Positions 10,237 through 20,490 of a stretch of 64,000 nucleotides of DNA are shown piece by piece. The notes below the pieces were generated by a model. The model had not been told where the DNA came from. It saw only the letters and a list, made by a program, of their open reading frames with translations, and searched no databases. A program made the translations under genes and the position numbers. Numbering within the stretch: position 1 is the stretch's first letter; every line of letters starts with the position of its first letter. The DNA is from Nitrospirota bacterium (GTDB lineage Bacteria; Nitrospirota; Nitrospiria; Nitrospirales; NS-4), in contig CAWBGA010000017.1 in assembly GCA_963788195.1 (NCBI GenBank), forward strand, positions 704,001 to 768,000, read 5' to 3'.

Positions 10237-10602
10237 TCAGGTGCCTGCGCTCGAACTAGAACGCCGAATGCCCAGTTTCTGCATGCGAGCCTGAAGCGTC
10301 GTCCGTTTCATGCCGAGCCTTACTGCAGCGCCGGAAGGTCCACTCACCACCCACTTGGTTTCCTGCAAGACCTTCAGAATATGTTCCCGCTCGGCTTCTT
10401 CGAGAGTCTTGGCGCTGTCGCAACCCGACGAGGATTCCAGAGACCTTTTCAGCTCGGACAGAGGCACGCGCAGGCCAGGACCCGGAGAAAGGATCACCGC
10501 GCGCTCGATGAGGTTCTCAAGCTCGTGGATGATCTCAAAGAAGCGCTTGTATTTCTGAGAGAGCTCTTCGGCGGACAGACATGGACGATCTTGATCGCTC
10601 AT
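10237..10602 (-). pseudogene. Internally deleted FhlA-like regulator: short N-terminus fused in frame to the AAA-lid end and Fis HTH
   Basis: ELENLIERAVILS...TLEEAEREHIL..L..TKWVVSGPSGAAVRLGMKRTTLQARMQKLGI closely parallels the C-terminus of 16948-19047. It has no GAF or ATPase core. Confidence 0.75.
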
Positions 10603-10729
10603 GGTCACCCCCAATATACCTGCGAGCCTCTCGTGCTCAATCTGATACCACGGTGTCTTAGGAAACACTGGCCACGGCTATGATCGAACTTCGCACTATA
10701 CAAGTTCGTACCCAGCCGGTTCTTCGATT

Positions 10730-12155
10730 TCATTGGGTGATAGTCGGGTTCCATCCGCCTCCTAGCGCCTTGACCAACAGCACACTAGACGCGAATCGTT
10801 CTCCAAGGATCTGGACGGCGGCGCGCTCGTTATCCAGTTGCGTCCGTTGCGCGTCCACGACTTCCAGATAGTTCGACAGCCCTTCGCGATAGCGCATCGT
10901 CGCCAGCTCCGTGGTCTTCCGCGCTGCGGTGACCGCCCGCGCCTGGGCCTAGTGCTTGATCAGCCAGGACCCGAATTGCGGCGAGCGCATCTTCCACATC
11001 CCAAATGCCAGGAGCACTTGCTGCCGATAGGATGCCACGGTCTCGTCATACTGCGCCTTGCTCGCCTCGTAATTCGCTCGGATCCGTCCTCCTTCAAATA
11101 TCGGCGTAAAGAGCCCGCCGCCTATCGACCACATGCGGCTCTCCCATTTGAACAGGCTGGCGAGATCGGTGCTCTGGAACCCGGCGGACCCGGTCAATTG
11201 GATCGCCGGAAAGAAGGCCGCCTTCGCGACGCCGATACGCGCATTGCTTGCCGCCATCAACCGCTCGGCCTGCGCCACGTCCGGCCGTCGCTCCAGCAAT
11301 CAGAAGGCAAGCCGGCAGGGATCACGGGCGGGCAGCGCCTCTAATGGATCGCGTGGCATCGAGAAGTCAGGAGCTGGTTTCCCGAGAAGCACCGCCAAGG
11401 CGTCCTCCAACTGGGCACGGCGCTGCTCCAGCGCGATGGCCTGTGCCTGCGTCGTAGCCAGGTCGGTCTCCGCCTGCGACAGCTCGAGTTGATTCGCCAC
11501 TCCGCCTTCGAATCGGTATCGCACCAGATCCAACGCTTGTTTCCGCAGCTCGACCGTACGCTTCAACAACTCGATCTCGGCGTCCTGAGGATCGCAAAAG
11601 AAAATAGTTCTGGGCCACGTCCGACGTGAGTGTCAAGAGAACGCTCTCATAGTCGGCCGCGCTCGCTCTGGGCTTCCTCCCGGGCGGCCTCATAAGTCCG
11701 GCGTACCGTCCCCAGACATCCACCTCATAGCTCAGATCCAACGGAACCGTAAAAAGATTCGAGTTAAATCGTCCGATGCTGGTGCCGGTCTGTGGAGTGG
11801 CAGTCAGCCGGTTGGCGGAGAAATCCTGCCGGTTGACCGACGGATCGAAGGTCAGTGGTGGGATAAAAGTCGGCGGCGCTGATCCTGGCCACCGCCCTCG
11901 CTTGCTCGACTCTGGCGACGCGCCCTTCAGCTTTTGGTTTGCGACCAGCGCCTGGGCCTCCAGCACGTCGAGCTCCGGATTATCAAAGATCTCCCACCAC
12001 CGTATGCGACTCTCCGCATCGCGAGGCGTGGCCTCCTTCCAATTCTTCGGAACTTCGACCGGAGGCCGCTGATAATCGGGACCAACCGCACAACCGGCGA
12101 GTGACAGGAAAACCATAATCGTCAGCGCGACTGATTTCTTCATAAGAGGTAGCAT
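10730..12155 (-). pseudogene. RND outer-membrane factor (NodT/OprM family lipoprotein), multiply frameshifted
   Basis: LAGCAVGPDYQRP, WWEIFDNPEL, SYEVDVWGR, LERRPDVAQAE, AAFFPAIQLTG and LVKALGGGW are spread over several frames. Confidence 0.85.
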
Positions 12156-13543
12156 CAGGCTGGGTCCTTCTTCGGTTCGCCTGATTTCGGTCCCGGCTGC
12201 TGCGTTGCCGGTGTGCCTGTTGGAGTCTTCGGGAAGATCGGCTCCACCTTTGCCCCCTCGCGCACATCATCGGTGGGATTCGACACGATCGTTTCATTGT
12301 CCGCGAGGCCGGAGACAATTTCGGTTTCCCTGCCGTAATCGCGGCCCAATCCGACCTTCCGGAAATGGAGGACGTGGTCCTGGTCCACGACCGCCACATA
12401 TTGACCATCGGCCCGGACAATCAGGGCCGAACCTGGCACCAGCAGCGGTGGCTCGGTCCGCACCATGTTGAACGTCACTTCGGCGTACATTCCCGGAAAC
12501 AGGACATGATCGGGATTGGCCACGTCCACTTCCGTGAGAAGAGTTCGAGAGGCAGGGTCCAATGCCCCCGCCGTGCGGGTCACTTTGCCGGTGAACGTGC
12601 GTTGCGGCACATCACGCACGACAACCTGTGCGGTCTGTCCGGCTTGAACGGAGGTCACAAAGGTCTGAGGCACATTGACGTAAATGCGAAGGACCTCGAT
12701 TTGGGCAACCCGAAAGAGTTCTCGAGTGGCAAACAGAGCGCCCTGGCTCGCGGCGCCGGTGCCGTCCGTCACCAGAGCCCCCACATCCACATTGCGCGCC
12801 GTGACAATGCCGTCAAAGGGAGCGGTAATCTTTTGGAACGACTGCAGATACTTAAACCGGCGGACATTTTCATCATTGGCCTTCATCGTGGCTTCCGCCG
12901 CTACGACGTCCGCTTGCCTGGCCTCAAACTGCAGCCGATAGGTGTCCGCTTCTTGCCGGGAAACTGCGTTGTATTGCACCAGCCTTTGCCAGCGATCCAT
13001 GCTGACTCTGGCCAATTCCAGATTCGCCCGGGCCTGCCCGAGAGTGGCCCGCGATTGCGAGTAGGTGCCAAGAGCTTGCCCCAACTGCTTGTCCACATCG
13101 GGCGTTTCAATCTCGGCCAGCAATTGCCCGGCCTGGACGGGTTGTCCAATCTCCACGAGGTAACTCTTGACGTAGCCATTCGTGCGCGGATAGATCGGCG
13201 TCTCCTGGTAGCCGCGGGTGTTTCCCGGAAGGACGAGATTCGTGACCTCCGGCGCCCGCCGGACCGCCACCACCGGGACCTTCGGGAGGGTAGTTTTCAC
13301 CGCGTTCGCATCCGCCTTCAACGCGGCCTGCTGTTGAATGCGCGGGACGATACCGGCCAGGAGCAACACGAGCACCGCGATGATCAGGACCGCGACCAGC
13401 AGCCGCCATCGGTGCACACCCGCCGGCGGGGAAGCGGCTGCTGAGTCCGCTATAGCAGCGGACGGTTCTTTCCGTGTGTCCCCGTTCGGATCAGTGACGG
13501 GATCCGGTGTGGACCGATCCGGCAATTCACGCAAGCTTTGCAT
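12155..13543 (-). CDS. RND efflux periplasmic adaptor (membrane fusion protein)
   Basis: TM anchor; IYPRTNGYV; VQAGQLLAEI; ITAPFDGIVTARNVDVG; LDPASRTL; LFPGMYA. Confidence 0.92.
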   Translation of the reverse strand: MQSLRELPDRSTPDPVTDPNGDTRKEPSAAIADSAAASPPAGVHRWRLLVAVLIIAVLVLLLAGIVPRIQQQAALKADANAVKTTLPKVPVVAVRRAPEVTNLVLPGNTRGYQETPIYPRTNGYVKSYLVEIGQPVQAGQLLAEIETPDVDKQLGQALGTYSQSRATLGQARANLELARVSMDRWQRLVQYNAVSRQEADTYRLQFEARQADVVAAEATMKANDENVRRFKYLQSFQKITAPFDGIVTARNVDVGALVTDGTGAASQGALFATRELFRVAQIEVLRIYVNVPQTFVTSVQAGQTAQVVVRDVPQRTFTGKVTRTAGALDPASRTLLTEVDVANPDHVLFPGMYAEVTFNMVRTEPPLLVPGSALIVRADGQYVAVVDQDHVLHFRKVGLGRDYGRETEIVSGLADNETIVSNPTDDVREGAKVEPIFPKTPTGTPATQQPGPKSGEPKKDPA

Positions 13544-16500
13544 CAGTGATCTCCTGGGGCTGCTTGCGGCGCAGTAAACTGTAGACGATCGGGACAAAGA
13601 ACAAGTTGGCGAACGTCGCGCCAAACAGCCCCCCGATCACCGCCCGGCCCAACGGCGCGTTCTGTTCTCCGCCGTCCCCTATGCCCAACGACATTTCCAG
13701 CATCCCGATGATCATCGCCAGCGCCGTCATCATCACCGGGCGCAGCCGAGTGAACCCAGCTTCCAGCGCGGCAGTCCGCGCATCCTTGCCTTCCTTTCGA
13801 AGATCGTTCGCAAAGGTGACGACCAGAATGCCGTTCGCCGTGGCCAGCCCCATCACCATGATCGTCCCCATCAAAGATGGCACGTTGAACGTCGTCTGCG
13901 TGACGAACAGCATCCCCAGCACTCCGAACAAGGCCCCGGGTATCGCCATGATGATGATTAGAGGATCAAGCCAAGATTGAAAATTCACCGCCAGGAGTAG
14001 ATAGACCAACACCAGCGCGAAGAGGAGTCCCATGCCCAGGCCCCAGAATGAGGAGCGCATGCTGTCCACTTGCCCGCGCATCGTGATGAAGGTTCCGCGC
14101 GGCAGATCCTTTTTGACGTCTGCGATCACCTGATCCACATCACGGGAAACCGCGCCCAGACTGCGGCCTTGAACATTGAGAAACACGTCAAACACCGGCT
14201 GGACATTATAGTGACTGACGACGGTGCTCGTGACCCCGCGATGGATTGTCGCCAAATTGCTCAGCAGTTGCGGCGCCGACTGCCCATTCACGACCACCGG
14301 GGTACTCTGCAGGGCGTCCAGGGAGTCAATCTGATTCTGCGGTGTCTGCACGGCAAAGAGATAATTCACTCCATTTTGGGGGTTCAGCCAGTAATTCCGG
14401 GCGGCTTGTCCGCTCGAGCTCAATGAGGTGAGGACGGTGTTGGCCACATCTGTCTGAGTCAATCCGATTTGTTCGGCCCGCGTGCGATCCACGTTGATGC
14501 GCAGTTCCGGCGTGTCTACCACTTGATGCACATGGGCATCCACGACCCCGAGGATCTGCGAGACCCGCGTTTCGATGAGCTTGGCGACGTTGTAGTTGTT
14601 CGGATCCCGCCCGACGACCTGAATATCGATCGGCGCCGGCAAGCCGAAGTTCAGGATCTGCGTGACGATGTCGGATGCCTGAAAGAAGAACGTCAGATCC
14701 GGAAACTCCGCATTCAGCTCGCGCCGCAACTCTTTGACATAGCCCCAGGTCGGCCGATGCTTCTGTTTGTTCAGGGAGACGAGAATCTCACCGTCCGCCG
14801 CCCCGATTGTCGAGGAATCGCTGAAAGCCAGGTTCACCCCACCAACCGGCAACCCGATATTGTCCACAATGGTATCCAACTCGGCCGCCGGAATGACGCG
14901 GCGGATCACGTCCTCCACTTGGCCGAACCGGCGCTCGGTTTCCTCCACACGCGTGCCGGCCGGCGCCCGCACATGCAGCCGGAACTCTCCCGCATCTACC
15001 CGAGGGAAGAAATCTCGTCCGATAAACGGCAACAATACGAGGAAGCAGAGGCCGGTCGCGATCACGGTCACAAACACCTTTTTTTCGCGGTCGAGCGCCC
15101 AGGAGAGCAGATCCCGATAGCGCTTGCGCATGCGCTCGAACTTGTCATTGAATCGCTCGTGCCATCGCCAGACGACGCTCTTCTCGCCACCCACATGCCC
15201 GGCGTGAAACATCTCGACTTCATTGCGCAGGAGATACCTTACCGTCGTCGGAACTATCGTCCGCGACAGCAGATACGACGTGAGCATGGCGAACACGACC
15301 GCCATGGCCAGCGGCGTAAATAGAAAATGGGCGACTCCGGTCAAGAAGAAGATCGGCACAAACACAATGCAGATGGACAGTGTGGCGACGAAGGTCGGAG
15401 TGGCGATTTGCTGGGCCCCATCCAGGATCGCCTGCACCATCTCCTTGCCTTGGCCCAGGTTCCGGTGGATGTTTTCGACCTCGACCGTCGCATCATCCAC
15501 GAGAATCCCGATGGCCAGCGCCAAGCCCCCTAAGGTCATCAGATTGAGAGTCTGTCCCAGGGCATTCAACACGATGACAGAGGTCAGGATGGACAAAGGA
15601 ATGGACATTGCTACCACTACGGTGCTTCGCCAACTCCCGAGGAACACCAGAATCATCAGCCCCGTCAGACAGCCTGCCACGAGACCCTCGTGGAGGACAT
15701 TATTCACGGCCGCCCGAACAAAGACGGATTGATCGAACAGGAAGTCCAGATTGAGCTCAGGCGGCAGCGTCGCCTGAATGCGCAGGCAAGGTCTCACGCA
15801 CCCGCCGCACGATATCGAGAGTCGACGCGCCTCCGCTCTTCAGGATCGTCATGAGCGAGGATCGCCGGCCATCCTGTCTGACCACATTGGTCTGCACCGC
15901 AAAGCCGTCACGCACCTGCGCGACATCACGGATGTACACCATGGCGCCGTTTACTTGGCGGATCGGCAAGTCGTTCAGGGCCTCCACCACCTCCGGACTG
16001 TTGTTCAGCCGTACGCTGTATTCCCGTGTCCCGATCTTCGCGCTGCCGGCCGGCAAAATCAGGCTCTGCGCATTCACGGCGTTCGTTACATCAGACGCGG
16101 ATAGGCCTTTAGCGATTAATGCTTGTTGGTCGAGATCCACCATGATCTGCCTGGGCTTGCCGCCATAGGGCAATGGCACTGAGGCGCCTTGCACGGTGGC
16201 CAATTGTGTACGGATGAAGTTGTAGCCGTAATCGTAGAGTTGCGCTTCGGTCAACGTCCCGCTGCTGGCGGCGATCTGAACGATCGGGACATCGCTCGCG
16301 CTGTACTGGACGATCAATGGCGGCTGCGTGCCTGGCGGCAATACTCTCAGAATGGTTTGTGAGATGGCCGTCAGTTGCGCAACCGCCCCGGCAACGTTCG
16401 CCCCAGGATGAAAGAAGACTTTGATCACGCCGACCCCGAACATCGACTGCGATTCGATATGCTCGATGTCGTTGACTGTGGTGGTCATCGCGCGCTCGCA

Positions 16501-16701
16501 GTAGGTGATGATGCGGGGTGACATTTCCTCTGCAGCCATGCCGTCGTACGACCAGATCACGCTCACGACCGGGATGTTGATCTCCGGGAGGATGTCGGTG
16601 GACATGCCCTGAATGGTGACGACTCCGAAGATGACGATAAGGATCGACATCACTACGAAGGTATAAGGGCGGCGCAGGGCAAGTCGGACAATCCACATCA
16701 T
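13527..16701 (-). CDS. RND efflux permease (AcrB/CzcA-like family); one frameshift near 15780
   Basis: MWIVRLALRRPYTF; GILVDDATVEVENI; TRLRPVMMTALAMI; APLGRAVIGG. Split between ORFs 15757-16701 and 13527-15797. Confidence 0.92.
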
Positions 16702-16738
16702 TGCTCAGCTAGGCCTCAGGTTCATGCAGAATCGTTGC

Positions 16739-16900
16739 GCAAGAACTGTTCCACGATGGCGCTGCCCCCGGCTCGGAGCGCCATAAGTTATTGAGAGAGA
16801 AATGAAAGAAGGCTTGTCCGAGATGTACGGGTCATGAACGGGCGAGAGAAAAGGCTATGGTGGAATGCCAACATATCGGCAAATTGCCGACATACGGGCA
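16739..16900 (-). promoter_or_regulatory. Sigma54 promoter + IHF-like site + tandem enhancer upstream of the RND operon
   Basis: TGGAAC-AGTTC-TTGC (minus, 16739-16753); TAAGTTATTGAGA (16784-16796); tgccaa-cata-tcggca (16866-16881) and tgccga-cata-cgggca (16885-16900). Confidence 0.85.
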
Positions 16901-16947
16901 TCTGCAGTAGCGTATTTCTGCTGAGCTAGTTTATCGGAACGCGGGAA

Positions 16948-19047
16948 TTACTTCGGACGCGAGATGCTCAGTTTCTGCATCTTCGATTGGAGGGTCGTGC
17001 GCTTCATGCCCAGCCGTGCGGCAGCGCCGGACTCACCGCCGATGACCCATTGTGCCTCCTGAAGCGCCCGCAAGATGTGTTCACGCTCAGCCGTTTCCAA
17101 GGTAGCGACGCCGTTGGAAAGTGGCGTCAGCGGCATCTGCAATTCCCGTAAAGGCACATGCAGGTCGGGGCCCAGGGACAGGATCACCGAACGCTCGATC
17201 AGATTTTCAAGCTCGCGGATGTTGCCAGGCCACGAATACTGCGACAGAGTCGCCATTGTATCCGCCGGGATCGACTCGATCCGCTTGTTCATGCGCCGCC
17301 CGTATTTTTGTGCGAAGTAGCGGACTAACAACGGGATGTCTGCAGGCCGCTCTCGCAAAGGAGGAGCCATGATGGGAAACACGCTGAAGCGATAATATAG
17401 ATCGCTGCGAAACTCTTTGGTGGCGACCATCTGATTCAGATCCCGATTCGTCGCCGCCACCAACCGGACGTTGACACGGATCGTTTTCGTACTGCCCAGC
17501 CGCTCGAATTCCTGTTCCTGCAAAACACGCAACAGTTTGGATTGCAACTCGAGGGGGATATCACCGACTTCGTCGAGGAACAGCGTGCCTTGGTGGGCCA
17601 GTTCAAAACGGCCGGCCTTCTGGGCGATGGCGCCGGTAAAGGCTCCCCGTTCATGGCCGAACAGCTCGCTTTCGAGCAACCCGGACGGGATCGCCGCGCA
17701 ATTGATCTTGACGAAGGTTCGCTCACGACGGTTGCTCAAGTTGTGGATCGCGCGCGCGATCAGCTCCTTGCCGGTCCCGGTCTCGCCTTGGATCAGCACT
17801 GTTGAGTCGGTGGGCGCGACAGTTTCTACTTGCCTGAGAACGCGTTTCAGCGTTGCACTCTCTCCGATGATCTCCTCAAAGTTGTATTCTGTCCGGATTT
17901 CGTCTTCGAGGTAGAGTTTCTCCTCGGTCAATTTGTCTTTCAACTCGGTGATCTGCTGATAGGCCAGCGCGTTGTCCACGGCAATGGCAATCTGAACCGC
18001 GACATGACTCAGGAGATCAACCTCATCCGTGGTAAATGGTCCTTTTTCAAAGCTACCTATGTTCAATGTCCCCAAGACTTTGCCGTGTGAGAGGAGTGGG
18101 ACACAGCAGCCGGACTTGACGCCTTCCGCAAGTAAAGCCTTGCCCACCTCGGAATTCAGGCGTTTGAGATCGGCCTCATCGAACAGTGTAGGTTGACCCG
18201 ACCTGAATGCCGGGCCTGCGGGCGTCTCGTCGATGGGCCCCACGAGGCCCTCCTGGATCAATCCTTTGCCTTCAGGAAAAACAAGCGCGTGTCTGCGAAA
18301 GACTTTCTTGTCGGGATCGGAGAGGTACAGACTGGCAATCGCGTACGGCATCACCCGACGAAGGGCGGCTATGGTAGCGGTGAACACCTCTCGGAGATCC
18401 AGACGAGAGACAACCGCATTGTTGACGTCGAGCAGAAGACGCAGGCGGTCGCGCTCATGCGCCAACTGTTCGCGTTCATGGGCAAGCTCTTGCTGGAATG
18501 ATCGGGCCCTCTGATCATTGAGAGCGTTGTCCACTGCCACGGCGACCTGTCTGGCCATCTGTTGCAAGAATTCGAGGTCTGCGTTGTCGTAGGTGGCTTC
18601 CTGCATGCTCCCGAATCCCAGCGCGCCCAACCGGCGCTGGGCCGTCGTCAGGGGTACCACGCAATATGATTTCACGCCTAGTTGGCACACGGCATCCGTC
18701 ACACGGGGGAAACGGGTTTCCATGGCGAGGTTCGAGACCACCAGGGGCTCCTGATGCTGCCAAACCCAGCCGCCTGGGGATTCGTCCACGGGGAGATCCT
18801 GGCCACCTAATGGGTCACAAGATTTCCGGTCCGGAGCCTCAAGGATGTGGGAGCGCATGACATTCCGTTCAGGATCGTGGAGGAGCAGTCTCATATACTC
18901 GAAGTTGACCACTCGATGCAGGCGGTGAGCGAGTTCGTGAAACAGAGTCGCGAGGTCACGGTGGACCGCGATCGCCTCAGAAACTTCCAGCAGGGCTTGG
19001 TACTGCTCTGCGAGAGTTTCACAGGGAGATGCGCTATGCCGATCCAT
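16948..19047 (-). CDS. FhlA-like sigma54-dependent activator (two GAF domains, AAA+, Fis HTH)
   Basis: Two GAF repeats; GETGTGKE, GAFTGA, LFLDEVG, WPGNIRELEN; C-terminal AARLGMKRTTLQSKMQKL typical of FhlA/HyfR. Confidence 0.92.
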   Translation of the reverse strand: MDRHSASPCETLAEQYQALLEVSEAIAVHRDLATLFHELAHRLHRVVNFEYMRLLLHDPERNVMRSHILEAPDRKSCDPLGGQDLPVDESPGGWVWQHQEPLVVSNLAMETRFPRVTDAVCQLGVKSYCVVPLTTAQRRLGALGFGSMQEATYDNADLEFLQQMARQVAVAVDNALNDQRARSFQQELAHEREQLAHERDRLRLLLDVNNAVVSRLDLREVFTATIAALRRVMPYAIASLYLSDPDKKVFRRHALVFPEGKGLIQEGLVGPIDETPAGPAFRSGQPTLFDEADLKRLNSEVGKALLAEGVKSGCCVPLLSHGKVLGTLNIGSFEKGPFTTDEVDLLSHVAVQIAIAVDNALAYQQITELKDKLTEEKLYLEDEIRTEYNFEEIIGESATLKRVLRQVETVAPTDSTVLIQGETGTGKELIARAIHNLSNRRERTFVKINCAAIPSGLLESELFGHERGAFTGAIAQKAGRFELAHQGTLFLDEVGDIPLELQSKLLRVLQEQEFERLGSTKTIRVNVRLVAATNRDLNQMVATKEFRSDLYYRFSVFPIMAPPLRERPADIPLLVRYFAQKYGRRMNKRIESIPADTMATLSQYSWPGNIRELENLIERSVILSLGPDLHVPLRELQMPLTPLSNGVATLETAEREHILRALQEAQWVIGGESGAAARLGMKRTTLQSKMQKLSISRPK

Positions 19048-19211
19048 AGACCCAAGTATGGCCTAATAGTGCCGATTTCCTCAAGAGGCGTTGTGGATCG
19101 CCGGCTTGCGCGTATGGACTTTTTCGCTCCGGCCCACCGAATTTTGTCCGTTGTTCCGACGCCCAGCCTGACCCAGAGTGATCAGATGCCGGAAGGAAAA
19201 GGAGGTCCAAA

Positions 19212-19712
19212 ATGAAGAGACATCTTACACTTATCGTGCTGGTGGCTCTCTTGACCGTGACAGGGGCGATAGCCGCGGTCGACGATACCGCCAGACACAT
19301 CTCGGACGGCATTAAAGTGACGATGAATTACACCGTGTCGGCTCCTGAAAAGCACCTGGCGGTGACGACGGAGGGTCAAGCGCCCCTGTCGTATGTTGTC
19401 GGCAGCGGACAAATGAATCCCGTGTTGGAACGGGCTCTGTACGGGCTTGCGCCCGGTGATAAGACTCAGGTGGTACTGACCCCTGACCAAGGGTTCGGCC
19501 CCTACGATGACTCGAAAAAGATCACCGTGCCCAAGGAAAATCTTCCACCCGAGATTCAAGAAGGGGTGATCCTGAATGCGCCAACAGGCGAGTTGGTGAC
19601 GGTTGCGGCAATTGAGGATGACTCAGTGGTCCTTGACCTTAATCATCCCTTTGCAGGCCAGAACCTGATCTTTGATATCCATATCCTGGAGGTCGAAAAA
19701 GTTACACAATAA
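19212..19712 (+). CDS. FKBP-type peptidyl-prolyl isomerase (SlyD-like) with signal peptide
   Basis: GGAGG RBS; PLSYVVGSGQM, LTPDQGFGPYD, LDLNHPFAGQNLIFDI. Confidence 0.85.
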   Translation: MKRHLTLIVLVALLTVTGAIAAVDDTARHISDGIKVTMNYTVSAPEKHLAVTTEGQAPLSYVVGSGQMNPVLERALYGLAPGDKTQVVLTPDQGFGPYDDSKKITVPKENLPPEIQEGVILNAPTGELVTVAAIEDDSVVLDLNHPFAGQNLIFDIHILEVEKVTQ

Positions 19713-19836
19713 CGAATCCCATCACCAAAACCATTCCGGGGTGGCGGGCGGTAGAACGGCCGTCCGCTACCCGACCGCTGAGCGGAGTAGCGCCGCTACT
19801 TGCGCCTGTCATTGGTTTCGGTCCTCCGCTCCTAGC

Positions 19837-19910
19837 GCCTGGTCTAGAATCTTCATGCTCTTCGATGCCCGTGATGACCACCGAAGTCGGCAGGCTCATT
19901 GCACGGTGCA
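19837..19910 (-). repeat. Relic copy of the 3' part of the aldo-keto reductase gene (matches 25705-25777)
   Basis: gcctggtctagaatc..catgctc.tcgatgcccgtgatgaccac.ga.gtcggcag.ctcattgca occurs at both loci (AMSLPTSVVITGIE). Confidence 0.8.
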
Positions 19911-19934
19911 TCGCAGAACGACGAGGAGGTGGCC

Positions 19935-20267
19935 ATGGAAAAGATGGCGGGTTTACAGAAGAGCTCCCCAAAAGTCTTCTTGAGTGTGCTTGCCGCGGTT
20001 TCGATCCTGTGGACAGCCTCATCGGTTCATGCGGTCGGACCCTACTTCGAAAACGAAAGTTCGCCAAATGGGCAGAATCAAGGTCCGAATCCCACTTGGC
20101 CGAGCCCGCACGCGCCCTTGTGGTCGCCGCCCAATCCAGAGATTTTGACCATAGAATCACTGAAGAAGGGCCAGATAATTTTGCGGAACTCTAAGGAATC
20201 AAGTACAGCAGCAACCAAGGCTCCAGACGCAGCAGATAAGACGCACAGGAAGGTTGCTCAGCGCTGA
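19935..20267 (+). CDS. Small putative secreted hypothetical protein
   Basis: GAGGAGG RBS before the ATG; signal-like VFLSVLAAVSILWTASSVHA. Confidence 0.45.
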   Translation: MEKMAGLQKSSPKVFLSVLAAVSILWTASSVHAVGPYFENESSPNGQNQGPNPTWPSPHAPLWSPPNPEILTIESLKKGQIILRNSKESSTAATKAPDAADKTHRKVAQR

Positions 20268-20288
20268 TGGCAAGGAGGACGCCATTCG

Positions 20289-20369
20289 CACGATTTCTAC
20301 CACGGTGGATGACACGAAATGCTCAATGAAATCAACCGCGGCGAAGTCAGGGCGCTACTGCTTGGCTGA
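20289..20369 (+). pseudogene. Alpha/beta-hydrolase (lysophospholipase-like) C-terminal relic
   Basis: Reads HDFYHGG*HEMLNEINRGEVRALLLG*, matching the GGRHEMLNE catalytic-His motif with a stop in place of R. Confidence 0.5.
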
Positions 20370-20490
20370 ATCTCTGCTGTGCTGCAAGGACAGAAGCCTG
20401 GACAACCGACACCGGAGGCCGAGTCACCTAGGTGGCTCCACCGAAGGTGAATCAAAATGAATCCTCATCGCTTTCATGCGAGATTTGAAG

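Noticed and set aside
19058..19072. Sigma54 promoter for the SlyD-like gene (TGGCCT...TGC)
   Set aside because: The GG-to-GC spacing is 9 nt, not the required 10.
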